A stretch of DNA of 64,000 bases from Acidimicrobiales bacterium (GTDB taxonomy: Bacteria; Actinomycetota; Acidimicrobiia; Acidimicrobiales; Acidimicrobilacustridaceae). Both the position numbers and the translations under genes were made by a program. Each line of letters begins with the position of its first letter. The first letter of the stretch is position 1. Below the pieces are notes generated by a model, which was not told the origin of the DNA, made no database searches, and saw nothing but the letters and a program-made list of their open reading frames with translations. The stretch is taken from contig JAGYKS010000021.1 in assembly GCA_018401565.1 (NCBI GenBank), positions 29,307-93,306 on the forward strand, written 5' to 3'. This document shows, piece after piece, positions 28,269-37,454 of this stretch.

Positions 28269-29273
28269 CTACAGGTCGTCGAGGGCGGTAGGGAGCTGGG
28301 AAGCCCGGTGTCGGGCCAGATGAGGACGATAGACGCCAGTGTCTCCCACCGGGTCGGCCATGCCGCGATTGGCCAGCCGACGCAGGGCGTCGGCAGCATC
28401 ATCGACAGTCACACCAAGGGCCGCAGCGGCGCCGGTGGCAGTCGTCGAACCCGTGCGGACAAGATGCAGATGGCTGCGCCGCAAGGTGTCATCAAGGGTG
28501 AGCACCTCAGCCAGGTTCCGCTCGGGGAGTGCCACGTGCACCGAGTGGCTGACACCAACGATCACCTCGGCGTCCTGCACGGTGACGTCGTACACGTGGC
28601 CACCGGTGGTGCGGTCAGCGGTGACCATGTGGAAATGGAATCCGGGCTGGTTCATCTCGGCGGCCATGTCAGGGAAGTGGAACCCCACAATGGTGCCGGT
28701 GAGCAGGTCGACGGTGAACTGCTTTTCATCGGTGGCGAGCACCTCAACGAGCGGACGGTAGGGCGGCTCCTGGCGGGCCACGCTGCGGAAGGTGACCGGG
28801 CCGAAACTGCCCTCCAGCCGCAGGGCGTAACAGGCATCGGGGTCGGGGAAATGCGTGAGAAGCTCGGCGTGCAGGTCAGCCATGGGCAGGGGTCCGCCAA
28901 GGTGGAAGTGTTGCGCGGCCTCGAAGTTCACCAGGGCGGCAAACGGGACACCTGCTGATTCGGGTGCCCGACGGGCAACGCCGTCGTAGTTGATGTTCCA
29001 GAATTCGCCGTCCACCACCACCAGCTCGCCATCGAGGCCCTCAAGGGTTCCAAGACCGAAATCACCGTGCCCGGCCAGCTCGGCCACCGTCACGTCGCCG
29101 CCGTAGCAACCGTCGAGCAGCGCCTCGATCATGGACACCTGCACGATGCCGCCGTCTCGTTCCTGTGCGCCATCGAGGTCGGCACGGCGCATCCGCTGCA
29201 CGGTGATCGAATGGGCGAGACGGGCATCGATGCTCACGAACACTCCTGGGATGTGCCTGCCCTGCGGTGACAT
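28269..29273 (-). CDS. Alpha-acetolactate decarboxylase (AlsD/BudA-like) with about 75-aa C-terminal winged-helix-like extension
   Basis: VQVSMIEALLDGCYGGDVTVAELAGHGDFGLGTLEGLDGELVVVDGEFW, and the metal-binding GFHFHMVTADRTTGGHVYD (HxH...H), match AlsD. The extra tail RRSHLHLVRTGSTTATGAAAALGVTVDDAADALRRLANRGMADPVGDTGVYRP resembles a MarR/ArsR-type wHTH. The start is taken at ATG 29271-73. The stop lies 5 nt before the next gene's start. Confidence 0.7.
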   Translation of the reverse strand: MSPQGRHIPGVFVSIDARLAHSITVQRMRRADLDGAQERDGGIVQVSMIEALLDGCYGGDVTVAELAGHGDFGLGTLEGLDGELVVVDGEFWNINYDGVARRAPESAGVPFAALVNFEAAQHFHLGGPLPMADLHAELLTHFPDPDACYALRLEGSFGPVTFRSVARQEPPYRPLVEVLATDEKQFTVDLLTGTIVGFHFPDMAAEMNQPGFHFHMVTADRTTGGHVYDVTVQDAEVIVGVSHSVHVALPERNLAEVLTLDDTLRRSHLHLVRTGSTTATGAAAALGVTVDDAADALRRLANRGMADPVGDTGVYRPHLARHRASQLPTALDDL

Positions 29274-29333
29274 CGGGACAGACAAAACCCTTGCACACGC
29301 CAGCACGCAGCGCACGTCATGAGGTGGCCTCGC

Positions 29334-29364
29334 CCGGTTGGGCGGGTTCGGCTTTCCCAACCGG
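29334..29364. promoter_or_regulatory. Inverted repeat CCGGTTGGG-N13-CCCAACCGG in the divergent alsD-like / ParA-like intergenic region
   Basis: Perfect 9-bp arms at 29334-42 and 29356-64. It ends 24 nt upstream of the ATG at 29388. Confidence 0.4.
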
Positions 29365-29387
29365 CCACATCCTGCTAGACCGCTGGC

Positions 29388-30140
29388 ATGACCAAGGTCG
29401 TTTCCATCCATTCATTTCGCGGCGGTACCGGCAAGTCGAACACCACAGCCAACGTGGCTGCCCAGCTGGCGACAGCAGGCAACCGGGTTGCTGTGGTCGA
29501 TACCGACATCCAGTCGCCAGGCATCCACGTACTGTTCGGGTTCGAAGAGGACGGCGTCGAACGCAGCCTCAACGACTACCTGCACGGCACGTGCTCGATC
29601 ACCGAGGCCGCCTACGACGTGACCGACCAGCTCGGCGACGTGGACGGCAAGCTGTGGCTGGTCCCGTCGTCAATTCGTGCCTCGGAAATCGCCAGGGTGC
29701 TGCGCGAGGGTTACGACGTGGGCCTGCTCAACGACGGCTTCCGCGAGCTCGGTACGGGCCTGAACCTCGACTACCTGCTCATCGACACCCACCCCGGCCT
29801 CAACGAAGAGACGCTGCTGTCGATCACCATCTCCGACATCCTGTTGCTGCTGATGCGCCCCGACAAGCAGGACTTCCAGGGCACCGCCGTCACCGTGGAT
29901 GTGGCCCGCCGGCTTGAGGTCCCCGACCTGCTGCTGGTGATCAACAAGGTGCCGGCGTCAGTCGACTCCGTGGCCCTGCGGGCGGACCTCAGCCGCATCT
30001 ACGGCGCTGAGGTGGCCGGCGTGCTGCCGCTGAGCGAGACAGTGGTGGAGAGCGCCTCGGGCGCCCTGTTCAGCGTCACCCAGCCCGACGATCCGTGGTC
30101 AGTGGCGCTGGCCGAGGTCGCACGCCGGGTGAACGCGTGA
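29388..30140 (+). CDS. ParA/MinD-family P-loop ATPase with atypical deviant Walker A (RGGTGKS)
   Basis: VVSIHSFRGGTGKSNTTANVAAQLATAGNRVAVVDTDIQSPGIHVLFG is the Walker A region. Walker B is YLLIDTHPGLNEETL, followed by ...LLLVINKVP. The signature Lys of KGGxGK[ST] is replaced by Arg. Confidence 0.8.
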   Translation: MTKVVSIHSFRGGTGKSNTTANVAAQLATAGNRVAVVDTDIQSPGIHVLFGFEEDGVERSLNDYLHGTCSITEAAYDVTDQLGDVDGKLWLVPSSIRASEIARVLREGYDVGLLNDGFRELGTGLNLDYLLIDTHPGLNEETLLSITISDILLLLMRPDKQDFQGTAVTVDVARRLEVPDLLLVINKVPASVDSVALRADLSRIYGAEVAGVLPLSETVVESASGALFSVTQPDDPWSVALAEVARRVNA

Positions 30141-30143
30141 TCC

Positions 30144-30701
30144 ATGGCTGACGACGACGGCCTGTTCAGCCGGGACGAAATCCTTGGGGGCAGGTCGGGA
30201 TCGGGGCGAGAGATGCGGCGGGCCCGGGCCATCGTCTATCTCATCGAACAGGAGGCCCAGCGCTCCGGCGATCGGCGTCAGGGCATGGCCGCGGCCGGAG
30301 CCGCTGCGTCGGCGATGGCTGGCTCACCCATCAGCCTCGACGACCTGCTCGACGAAGAGACCCGCCGCGGGGCACTGCCCGGTGAGGCTGACGAGGCCTT
30401 CATCGAGTCGTTCCGGGCCGCCCGTCGCCACTCGGCGAGTCCCGAACTCAAGCGGCTGGACCAGCAGGCCGGAGCGTGGGCGACACTGGTGCCCGAGCGA
30501 GCCGACCTGCGGGCCCGAATCCTGGACCTGTTGGCGCAGCGCTACGAGCTCAACCCCCGCAAGGCCAAGCATGTCCTTGCTGCCCTTGGGGCCGACGATC
30601 CGGGTTTCGCCGAGACTTTCCAGCGGGTGTGCGGACGACCGCTGGATGAGGCGGTGCCTCCGGCCACCGGTGGACTCATGTCCAGGCTCCGCCGGCGCTA
30701 G
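30144..30701 (+). CDS. Hypothetical protein (185 aa), second gene of the ParA-like operon
   Basis: Starts 3 nt after the ParA-like stop and has good GC3 codon bias. It has a charged N-terminus (MADDDGLFSRDEILGGRSGSGREMRRARAIVYLIEQEAQR), an Ala/Gly-rich linker and a helical C-terminal half. No family recognised. Confidence 0.55.
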   Translation: MADDDGLFSRDEILGGRSGSGREMRRARAIVYLIEQEAQRSGDRRQGMAAAGAAASAMAGSPISLDDLLDEETRRGALPGEADEAFIESFRAARRHSASPELKRLDQQAGAWATLVPERADLRARILDLLAQRYELNPRKAKHVLAALGADDPGFAETFQRVCGRPLDEAVPPATGGLMSRLRRR

Positions 30702-30716
30702 CCGCCGAGGTCGGTC

Positions 30717-31085
30717 ATGACCGGACGCCACGCCGACCTCATCCCCCATCGGGTCCTGGATCTGCCGTGGGAGGGAGCCGAGGCCCTGCGCACCACGCTG
30801 GGCATTGTGGACGACAACCAACTTCCACTCGATGCCGACCTGTGCGCAAGCCTCGACCTTCGACTGACAGGTCTGTTTGCCGACGGGGCCCGTTCGTCAC
30901 CACGGCCATTCGAGCTGACCATCGAAGAAGCCGACACCCTGGTGGCGGGGCTGCAGTTCACCGAGGCCATGAGCATGCACCTCGACTTCTTCGACATGGT
31001 GGTCGACACCTGCCGATTCGTAGCCGACCAATTGCGGGGATTGTGGACCGACGAACAGTGGGCCGCCTACCACGCGCCAGGCTGA
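30717..31085 (+). CDS. Hypothetical acidic protein (122 aa), third gene of the ParA-like operon
   Basis: The ATG at 30717 is preceded by gaggtcgg. The codon bias is GC3-rich (...FELTIEEADTLVAGLQFTEAMSMHLDFFDMVVDTCRFVADQLRGLWTDEQWAAY...). No family recognised. Confidence 0.5.
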   Translation: MTGRHADLIPHRVLDLPWEGAEALRTTLGIVDDNQLPLDADLCASLDLRLTGLFADGARSSPRPFELTIEEADTLVAGLQFTEAMSMHLDFFDMVVDTCRFVADQLRGLWTDEQWAAYHAPG

Positions 31086-31087
31086 CC

Positions 31088-32659
31088 TCAGCCACCACCG
31101 CCCGCCATGGCCTGGGCGTGACGACGGGCGGCGGGGAGCACAGCACGAAAGCCACGTGGGCCCGGTCGTGCACGGCGGCAACTGACCTGTCGGGATGGAA
31201 AGTGGCCGACACGCCGGTAAGGGTCGCCACCTGCGACACCGATCCCAACGCACCGGTGCCCACTGCCGCCAGCAACGCCGCACCACGGGCCCCGGCATAT
31301 TGGGGGTGGTCTACGGTGTCGACAATCAGGCCGGTCACGTCGGCGATGATCTGCATCCACAGGTCGCTGCGCACACCCCCGCCGATGACGCGCAGGCGAG
31401 TGGGGGCCATGCCGTGGCTACCCATCACCTCCAGCAGCCAGCGCAGGTTGTGGGCCACACCCTCAAGCACGGCCCGGGCGATGTGGGCGCGGGTGTGTTC
31501 AAGCGACAGCCCCAGCATCGCCCCCCGAAGGGACGTGTCGTTCACCGGGGCACGCTCGCCGTACAACCACGGGGCAAAGGTGAGACCCTCGCAACCAGCA
31601 GGCGCATCGGCAGCTACCTGCCACCAAAGCGGCAACAGCATCACCGCCGTCACCGGTGTCGCCCGCTGCGGCGGCACTGGCCTGACCAGCGGCACCGTCA
31701 TCCAGCAACGCCGCCAACCAGTCCAGGCATTCACCAGCGGTCTCCATCTCCCCCACCGTGGCGAAGGTGGACAGGTCCGCAGCCGGCAACGAATACACAC
31801 CGTTGGCGGCCACGTCGGCGACGGCGGTGGTGGTGATGCACAGCCACGCCGACGTACCCAGACACACATGGGCCGCTCCCGGCAGTACGGCACCCGAGCC
31901 CACCTGGGCCGCAGGCACGTCACCCACACCGGCCACCACCGGGGTACCCGGCAGCAGACCCAGATCCAGCGCTGCCTGAGCGGTGAGTCCGCCCACCACA
32001 TCGGTGCAGGCCCTCAAGGGGGGAAGCCTGGCCTGGCTGCGCGGCGAGGCCATGCCGCTGACGGCCAGCAGTGTCCTGCTCCAGGTGCGACGGGTGCGGT
32101 TGATCATGCCGGTGCCCCCGCCTGCGGTGTGATCAGCGCACACCACCCCGGTGCTTCGGGCCACCAGATAGCCGGTGGCGTCGGTGAGAGCAGCGGTGCG
32201 GGCCCACACCGCCGGCTCGTGGTGACGCAACCACGCCCACTTGGCCACCACGTCCTTGCCCGACGGCACCGCCCCCACCACCAGCTTCACCAATCGGGCG
32301 CCACCCAGGCGTCGGGTGAGACGGGCCGCCTCGTCGGTGGCGCGGGCGTCGAGCCACGAGATGGCCCGGCGGGTTGGCACCCCGGCGGCATCCAGCGGCA
32401 CCAACGTGAGCATCTGGCCGGCATAACCAACACCGGCCACGTCGGCCGGATCGCATCCGGCCTGGTCCAGCACCGCCCGGGTGGTGGCGCACACCGCCTC
32501 CCAGTAGTGGGCCGGGTCCTGCTCGGCCCATCCCGGACGAGGGTGGTCCAGGGGGTAGGGGTGAAAGGCCTCGGCCACCACCTGGCCATCGGCGTCGATG
32601 AGTACGGCCTTGTCGCCACCCGTGCCGAGATCGTGCCCCACGAACACCGTCATGCCCAC
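31088..32659 (-). pseudogene. FGGY-family carbohydrate kinase (xylulokinase/gluconokinase-like), frame broken near 31620 and near 31155
   Basis: ORF 31499..32659: MTVFVGHDLGTGGDKAVLIDADGQVVAEAF...GWAEQDPAHYWEA... It continues in the frame of ORF 30958..32001: APAGCEGLTFAPWLYGERAPVNDTSLRGAMLGLSLEHTRAHIARAVLEGVAHNLR...RVIGGGVRSDLWMQIIADVTG. The last about 20 aa (FRAVLPAARRHAQAMAGGGG*) are in a third frame, ending at 31088. Confidence 0.75.
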
Positions 32660-32662
32660 CGG

Positions 32663-33958
32663 TCAGCCCAGTCCGAGTGACAACTCGTCAACGGTGCCAT
32701 CGGGAAGGTGGTGGGCGATGTGGATGGGGACCTCCACCATCCCGGCGCTGGCAGCGCCGACATGGCCGCCATCGGGGCCGCCATCGGGGTCGCCGTCGGT
32801 GGCGCCCAATGCCAACAGCGGCAGCACGTCATTGGCCAGACCCAGCATCACCAGTGGATCGACGATGGCCTCGGGAGGATGCACCCCCGGGGTGCGACCG
32901 TGGCCCGCCAGCAGCATCAGGGCCCCGAGCCCGGCGGGGATGCCGGTGCCCTCGCCGGCGCCCATGGTGCCCGACGACAACGAAAACACCACGGTGTGGT
33001 TCCCGGGTGCGTCGTTGCGGGTGCCCGACACCACGATCTTGAGACACCCGGCAGCTCCGGTGATCCCGGCCTCGTCGAGCAGTCGCTGACGCTGGGCGAG
33101 GATGTGCGACACGGTGAACTCCAGCGGCACCACCTCGGCACCATCGACGGTCACCGGCTCGGTGCCCGCAGCCCCCAGACGGACCATGTCCATGGTCATG
33201 TCGAAGTAGCTGAGCGGGAACACGACCCCGAGGTTGGTGGCGCGCCGCAGGCCGGGAAGATACCGGGGCAGGGTGATGGTCTCGGGATGGGGGTAGGGGT
33301 ACACCGGGTAGGTGCCCACGTCACGGAAGTCGGTGTCGACCACGAAGGCCTGCCCGTCAGGTTCGAGCATCCGGACGGTACGGAACTCACCGTCGATGAA
33401 CAACGGCACGTCGTTGGTCATGGCATGGATGCGGTGCTTGATCACCGCCGGACCCTCGGTGGGCTCACCCCCGTGGATGTGCATGATGTCCACGCTCTCC
33501 ACCGCATCGAGCAGGTGGTCGGCGGCGTAGCGGACCAACACGTTGGCAAACCCCGGCGAGTTGCCCATCCCGATCAGGGCACACACCCCGGCAGCCTTGG
33601 CCATGCCATCGAGTTCGAGCTGGGCCCGGGTGGCATCGAGGTCGTCACACACGTCGACGTAGGTCACCCCTGCCGAAATGGCCGCAGCCAGCAACGGCGC
33701 ACCGAACCGGTAGAACGGCCCGATGCAGTTCACGACGAGGTCGGCACCCTCGAGCACGGCGGCCACCGATGCGCTGTCGGTGGCGTCCGCAGCCACACCG
33801 GTCACCCCGGGCCGGCGGTAACCCGCAGCAGCAGCAGCGACCACATCGGCGCGCACGTCAGCCAGCACCAGTTCATCGACATCGTCGGAGACTGCCAGCG
33901 TGGCTGCAGCCACACTGCCGATACCGCCGCAACCGCCGAGAACCACAATGCGCGTCAT
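32663..33958 (-). CDS. Saccharopine dehydrogenase family NAD(P)-binding protein
   Basis: MTRIVVLGGCGGIGSVAAATLA is a Rossmann GxGxxG. NCIGPFYRFGAPLLAAAISAGVTYVDVCDD and GMGNSPGFANVL are typical of Sacchrp_dh_NADP/C. The start is taken at ATG 33956-58. Confidence 0.8.
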   Translation of the reverse strand: MTRIVVLGGCGGIGSVAAATLAVSDDVDELVLADVRADVVAAAAAGYRRPGVTGVAADATDSASVAAVLEGADLVVNCIGPFYRFGAPLLAAAISAGVTYVDVCDDLDATRAQLELDGMAKAAGVCALIGMGNSPGFANVLVRYAADHLLDAVESVDIMHIHGGEPTEGPAVIKHRIHAMTNDVPLFIDGEFRTVRMLEPDGQAFVVDTDFRDVGTYPVYPYPHPETITLPRYLPGLRRATNLGVVFPLSYFDMTMDMVRLGAAGTEPVTVDGAEVVPLEFTVSHILAQRQRLLDEAGITGAAGCLKIVVSGTRNDAPGNHTVVFSLSSGTMGAGEGTGIPAGLGALMLLAGHGRTPGVHPPEAIVDPLVMLGLANDVLPLLALGATDGDPDGGPDGGHVGAASAGMVEVPIHIAHHLPDGTVDELSLGLG

Positions 33959-34069
33959 GGGTGTGACCCTACTTCGGGGTGCCCTGGTGACCGGCAGGAC
34001 ACACGCCGTCGCCGATGCCGGCACCACCGGTCAGCGACGGCCGCACGCAACGCGCGCAGCGCACGCACC

Positions 34070-34663
34070 TCAACGAACGGCGCACACCACCTGGCCACGC
34101 AGCCGGGTGCGCAGTGCCAGCGCCAACACCACCACCGACGCCACTGCCAGCAGAGGCTGGAGAGGAGCAAACCATGACAGCGCCCCACTGGTCCCCAGCG
34201 CCACGACGACCAGCTTGTTGCACACCGGGCAACCCACGGCCAAAAACCCCAGCAGGCCGCCCACGCTGGCGATGCGGCCAGGACGATCAGCTGCGGCCCA
34301 GCTGCCCATGGCGTCGTGGCTCGAACTTCCCGGCGTTGTCGAGGTCCCCGGCGTTGTCGAGGTCCCCGGCGTTGTCGAAGACCCCGTAGTTGTTGGAGTC
34401 CCCGGCGTGGCCACATAGGTGGCCAGCATCAGCCCACCGAGCACGGCGGTGATCACCAGCACCGGCGGTGACCACCACGTGACATCCACGGGCCGACCAA
34501 ATACCGGGTTGGGAATCACATCGGTGGGCACACCGATGACCACGGCGGTGACCAGGGCCCCCAGCACTGCAGTGACCCACTGCCGCCGACGCCACCCCCG
34601 CACCGCACCGGTCAGCGATGGCGACGGTGCCGTTGGGGCTTCCGGCACGTTGTCCACGATCAT
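34070..34663 (-). CDS. Membrane protein with CPVC (CxxC) motif and PGTSTT tandem repeat
   Basis: 197 aa. The TM helices are WVTAVLGALVTAVVIGV, VLVITAVLGGLMLATYV, GGLLGFLAVGCPVCNKLVVVALG and LLAVASVVVLALAL. The central low-complexity stretch is TPGTPTTTGSSTTPGTSTTPGTSTTPGSSS. Confidence 0.6.
   Translation of the reverse strand: MIVDNVPEAPTAPSPSLTGAVRGWRRRQWVTAVLGALVTAVVIGVPTDVIPNPVFGRPVDVTWWSPPVLVITAVLGGLMLATYVATPGTPTTTGSSTTPGTSTTPGTSTTPGSSSHDAMGSWAAADRPGRIASVGGLLGFLAVGCPVCNKLVVVALGTSGALSWFAPLQPLLAVASVVVLALALRTRLRGQVVCAVR
34329..34382. repeat. 18-nt in-frame tandem repeat x3 (cccggcgttgtcgaggtc)
   Basis: Units at 34329-46, 34347-64 and 34365-82. They encode the (T)TPGTST repeats of the membrane protein on the minus strand. 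Confidence 0.9.
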
Positions 34664-34748
34664 GTCCGCACCCTAGCGATCGGCGCGCCCGGGCGGCGAT
34701 CACCATGATCGGATCAAATGACAACGCGATTGCCATTATGATGTTGCG

Positions 34749-35585
34749 ATGGACGTAACCCTGCTTGGAACCGGTGGCCCACTGCCTGATGCCCACAGGG
34801 CCGGACCAGCCACCCTGGTGCGTGTCGCTGGGGCCAACCTGCTCATTGATGCCGGACGTGGCGTGTTGATGCGCCTGTCAGCTGCCGGGCTCGGTGTGGG
34901 TCAGGTGCACGCCGTCTTTCTCACCCATCTGCACAGTGACCACATCACCGATCTGGGCGATCTGATCACCACCCGCTGGATCACCTCGTTCACTCCGTCG
35001 CCCCTGCCGGTGTTCGGCCCTGTCGGAACCGCCAAGATCCTTGACGACCTCGTGGCGTCACTGGAGGCCGACGTGTCATACCGAATGGGCCACCACGAGG
35101 ACCTGTCGTGGGTTCCTCCCATTGAGGTCACCGAGGTGGACGTTTCGGGCACCGACATCGTCGAGGTGTGGCAGGCCGGCGACGTGGTGGTGACCGCCGC
35201 CGCCACCGACCACCGACCGGTTCACCCCAGCATCGCCTTCCGCGTCGACCACGCCGGATCGTCGGCGGTACTCGCCGGTGACACCGTTCCCTGTGGGGGA
35301 CTCGACGCCCTCAGTGCCGGGGCCGGGGCTCTGGTCCACACCGTCATTCGCAAGGACCTCATCGAGGCAATCCCCATCCAGCGCCTGCAGGACACCCTGG
35401 ACTACCACTCGTCTCCCGAGCAGGCCGGTGACACCGCCCAGCGCGCCGGAGTCGGCACCCTCGTATTGACCCATTACGTGCCTGCACCTGGACCCGGCGA
35501 GATCGAACAGTGGAAGGATCTGGCAGCAACGACGTTCGACGGCCCCATCGCCGCCGGCGACGACCTTCTCACCGTGACGATCTGA
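34749..35585 (+). CDS. MBL-fold metallo-hydrolase (RNase Z/BN-like)
   Basis: MDVTLLGTGGPLP...LLIDAGRG...FLTHLHSDHITDLGDL carries the HxHxDH motif. 278 aa. Confidence 0.8.
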   Translation: MDVTLLGTGGPLPDAHRAGPATLVRVAGANLLIDAGRGVLMRLSAAGLGVGQVHAVFLTHLHSDHITDLGDLITTRWITSFTPSPLPVFGPVGTAKILDDLVASLEADVSYRMGHHEDLSWVPPIEVTEVDVSGTDIVEVWQAGDVVVTAAATDHRPVHPSIAFRVDHAGSSAVLAGDTVPCGGLDALSAGAGALVHTVIRKDLIEAIPIQRLQDTLDYHSSPEQAGDTAQRAGVGTLVLTHYVPAPGPGEIEQWKDLAATTFDGPIAAGDDLLTVTI

Positions 35586-35587
35586 CC

Positions 35588-37453
35588 ATGCCCATGAACC
35601 GCACCGCCAACCCCCAACCCGACGTGATCATCATCCTCACCGACGAGGAACGGGCCATTCAGCCCCACGAGGGCGAGGCGCTGCGCTCATGGCGCCACCA
35701 GACTCTGGTAGCCAGGAAATGGTTTGACGACCACGGCGTGTCCTTCGCCCGCCATTACACCGGCTCGGTGGCATGTGTGCCCAGCAGGCCCACCCTGTTC
35801 ACTGGGCAGTATCCCGACGTGCACGGCGTCACCCAGACCGACGGCATCGGCAAGGGGGCCACAGACCCACGCATGCGCTGGCTCCGGCCCGCCGAGGTGC
35901 CCACCCTCGGTCACTGGTTTCGATCGGCGGGCTACGACACCCACTACGACGGCAAGTGGCACATCTCCCACGCCGACCTGCACGACCCCGACACCGGTGA
36001 TCGCGTCGTCACAAACACCGCAGACGGCACGGTTCTCGACGACGGCGTTGCCACCTACCTCGCCGCTGACCCTCTTGACGCCTTTGGCTTTTCGGGGTGG
36101 GTGGGTCCCGAACCGCACGGTGGCGACATGGCCGACTCGACCTGTGTCGCGATCCGTTGATCGCCGCCCGGGTGTCGGCGTGGCTCAGCGCACCGGTATC
36201 GCCGCCGACTGGCGGGCGACCCCGACGCCGCCCGGCCGTTTTTGTGCGTGGCCAGCTTCGTGAACCCCCACGACATCGTGCTGTTCCCGGCGTGGGTCAA
36301 CCACCCCGACACGTCACCGGTCGTTGATGACCCGTGGGGAACACCCGACGTGGCCCCGTCACACAGCGCCGACGAGGATCTGTCGACCAAGCCCGACGTG
36401 CACACCTCCTACCGCAACAACTACCCCACCTCCTACGGCCCGGCCGAGATCGTGGGCCCCATGTACAGCGACAACGCTGATGCCTACCGACGGCTCTACC
36501 TCAGGCTGCATGCCGACGTGGACGGCCCCATCGACACGGTGCGCACCACGGTGACCGAGGGCGCCTCCGGCGGTGCAGCCCCGGCTGGCACCGTGCTGGT
36601 GCGCAGCTCAGACCACGGCGAGATGCTGGGTGCCCACGGTGGAATGCACCAGAAGTGGTTCACCCTGTACGACGAGGCGGTGCGGGTGCCGCTGTCCATC
36701 GTGCGTCTCGATGCCCAGGGCCAGGCATCGACTCGGAGCACCACCATCGACGACACCCCGACGTCGCATGTGGATCTGCTGCCCACGCTGCTCGACGCCG
36801 CTGGCATCGACGTCACCGCAACTGCTGCCGCACTCACCGAACGCTTCAGCGAAGTGCACCCGTTGCCCGGTGCGAGCCTGTGGCCACTGGTCGACGGTGG
36901 CCTTGACCCCGACCGCACGATCTACCTGCAAACCCGTGACAACATCCTCGAGGGTGACGACGGCAGAACCATTGCCGCACGGATCATGGACATCGACGAT
37001 CCACCGGCCAACCTCATGATCGCCGTGGCCGGGGCGGTGGCGTCGAACGTGGAGGCCGTGGTGGGGCGGGTCCACGATCACGAGGCATCCGGTGGCGCAG
37101 GCCACGTGTGGAAACTGGTCCGCACCTTCGACGACCCTGCGTGCTGGACCGAACCCCATGTACGTCAGCTGGCCACCTCTGGCCCCGACACAGTGTGCTG
37201 GCGCACTGAGGTGCTCGACGACCAGTGGGAGCTGTACGACCTCGATGCCGACCCCGCCGAGATGAGCAACCAGGCTGCCGACTCCGCCAGTGACAGTGTG
37301 TTCGCCCATCTGCACCAACGCCTTGTAGCCGAGCGCACCCGGTGCCTCCCGAGTCGCAACGCCGCCTGGCCCTACACAGCCGGGGCCGGGAATCACACCA
37401 CGACAGACACCACGACAGACACCACGACAGACACCAAAGCTGGGGGAATCTGA
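35588..37453 (+). pseudogene. Sulfatase family protein (Cys-type, CVPSR motif), frame broken twice between about 36130 and 36245
   Basis: ORF 35510..36160 from ATG 35588: DVIIILTDEER...YTGSVACVPSRPTLFTGQYP is the CxPxR FGly motif. The middle segment (RDPLIAARVSAWLSA...) lies in the frame of ORF 36097..36327. The remainder is in ORF 36242..37453 (FVNPHDIVLFPAW...VRSSDHGEMLGAHGGMHQKWFTLYDEAVRVPL...). The C-terminus carries a TTTD repeat. Confidence 0.75.
37397..37432. repeat. 12-nt in-frame tandem repeat x3 (accacgacagac) at the sulfatase 3' end
   Basis: Units at 37397-408, 37409-420 and 37421-432. They encode TTTD TTTD TTTD. Confidence 0.9.
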
Positions 37454-37454
37454 C

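Noticed and set aside
30767-32680. 637-aa plus-strand ORF
   Set aside because: It is antisense to the FGGY kinase gene and overlaps the 122-aa gene in another frame. Its sequence is Arg/Gly/His-rich junk.
32708-34177. 489-aa plus-strand ORF
   Set aside because: It is antisense to the saccharopine dehydrogenase gene, which has a clear Rossmann motif.
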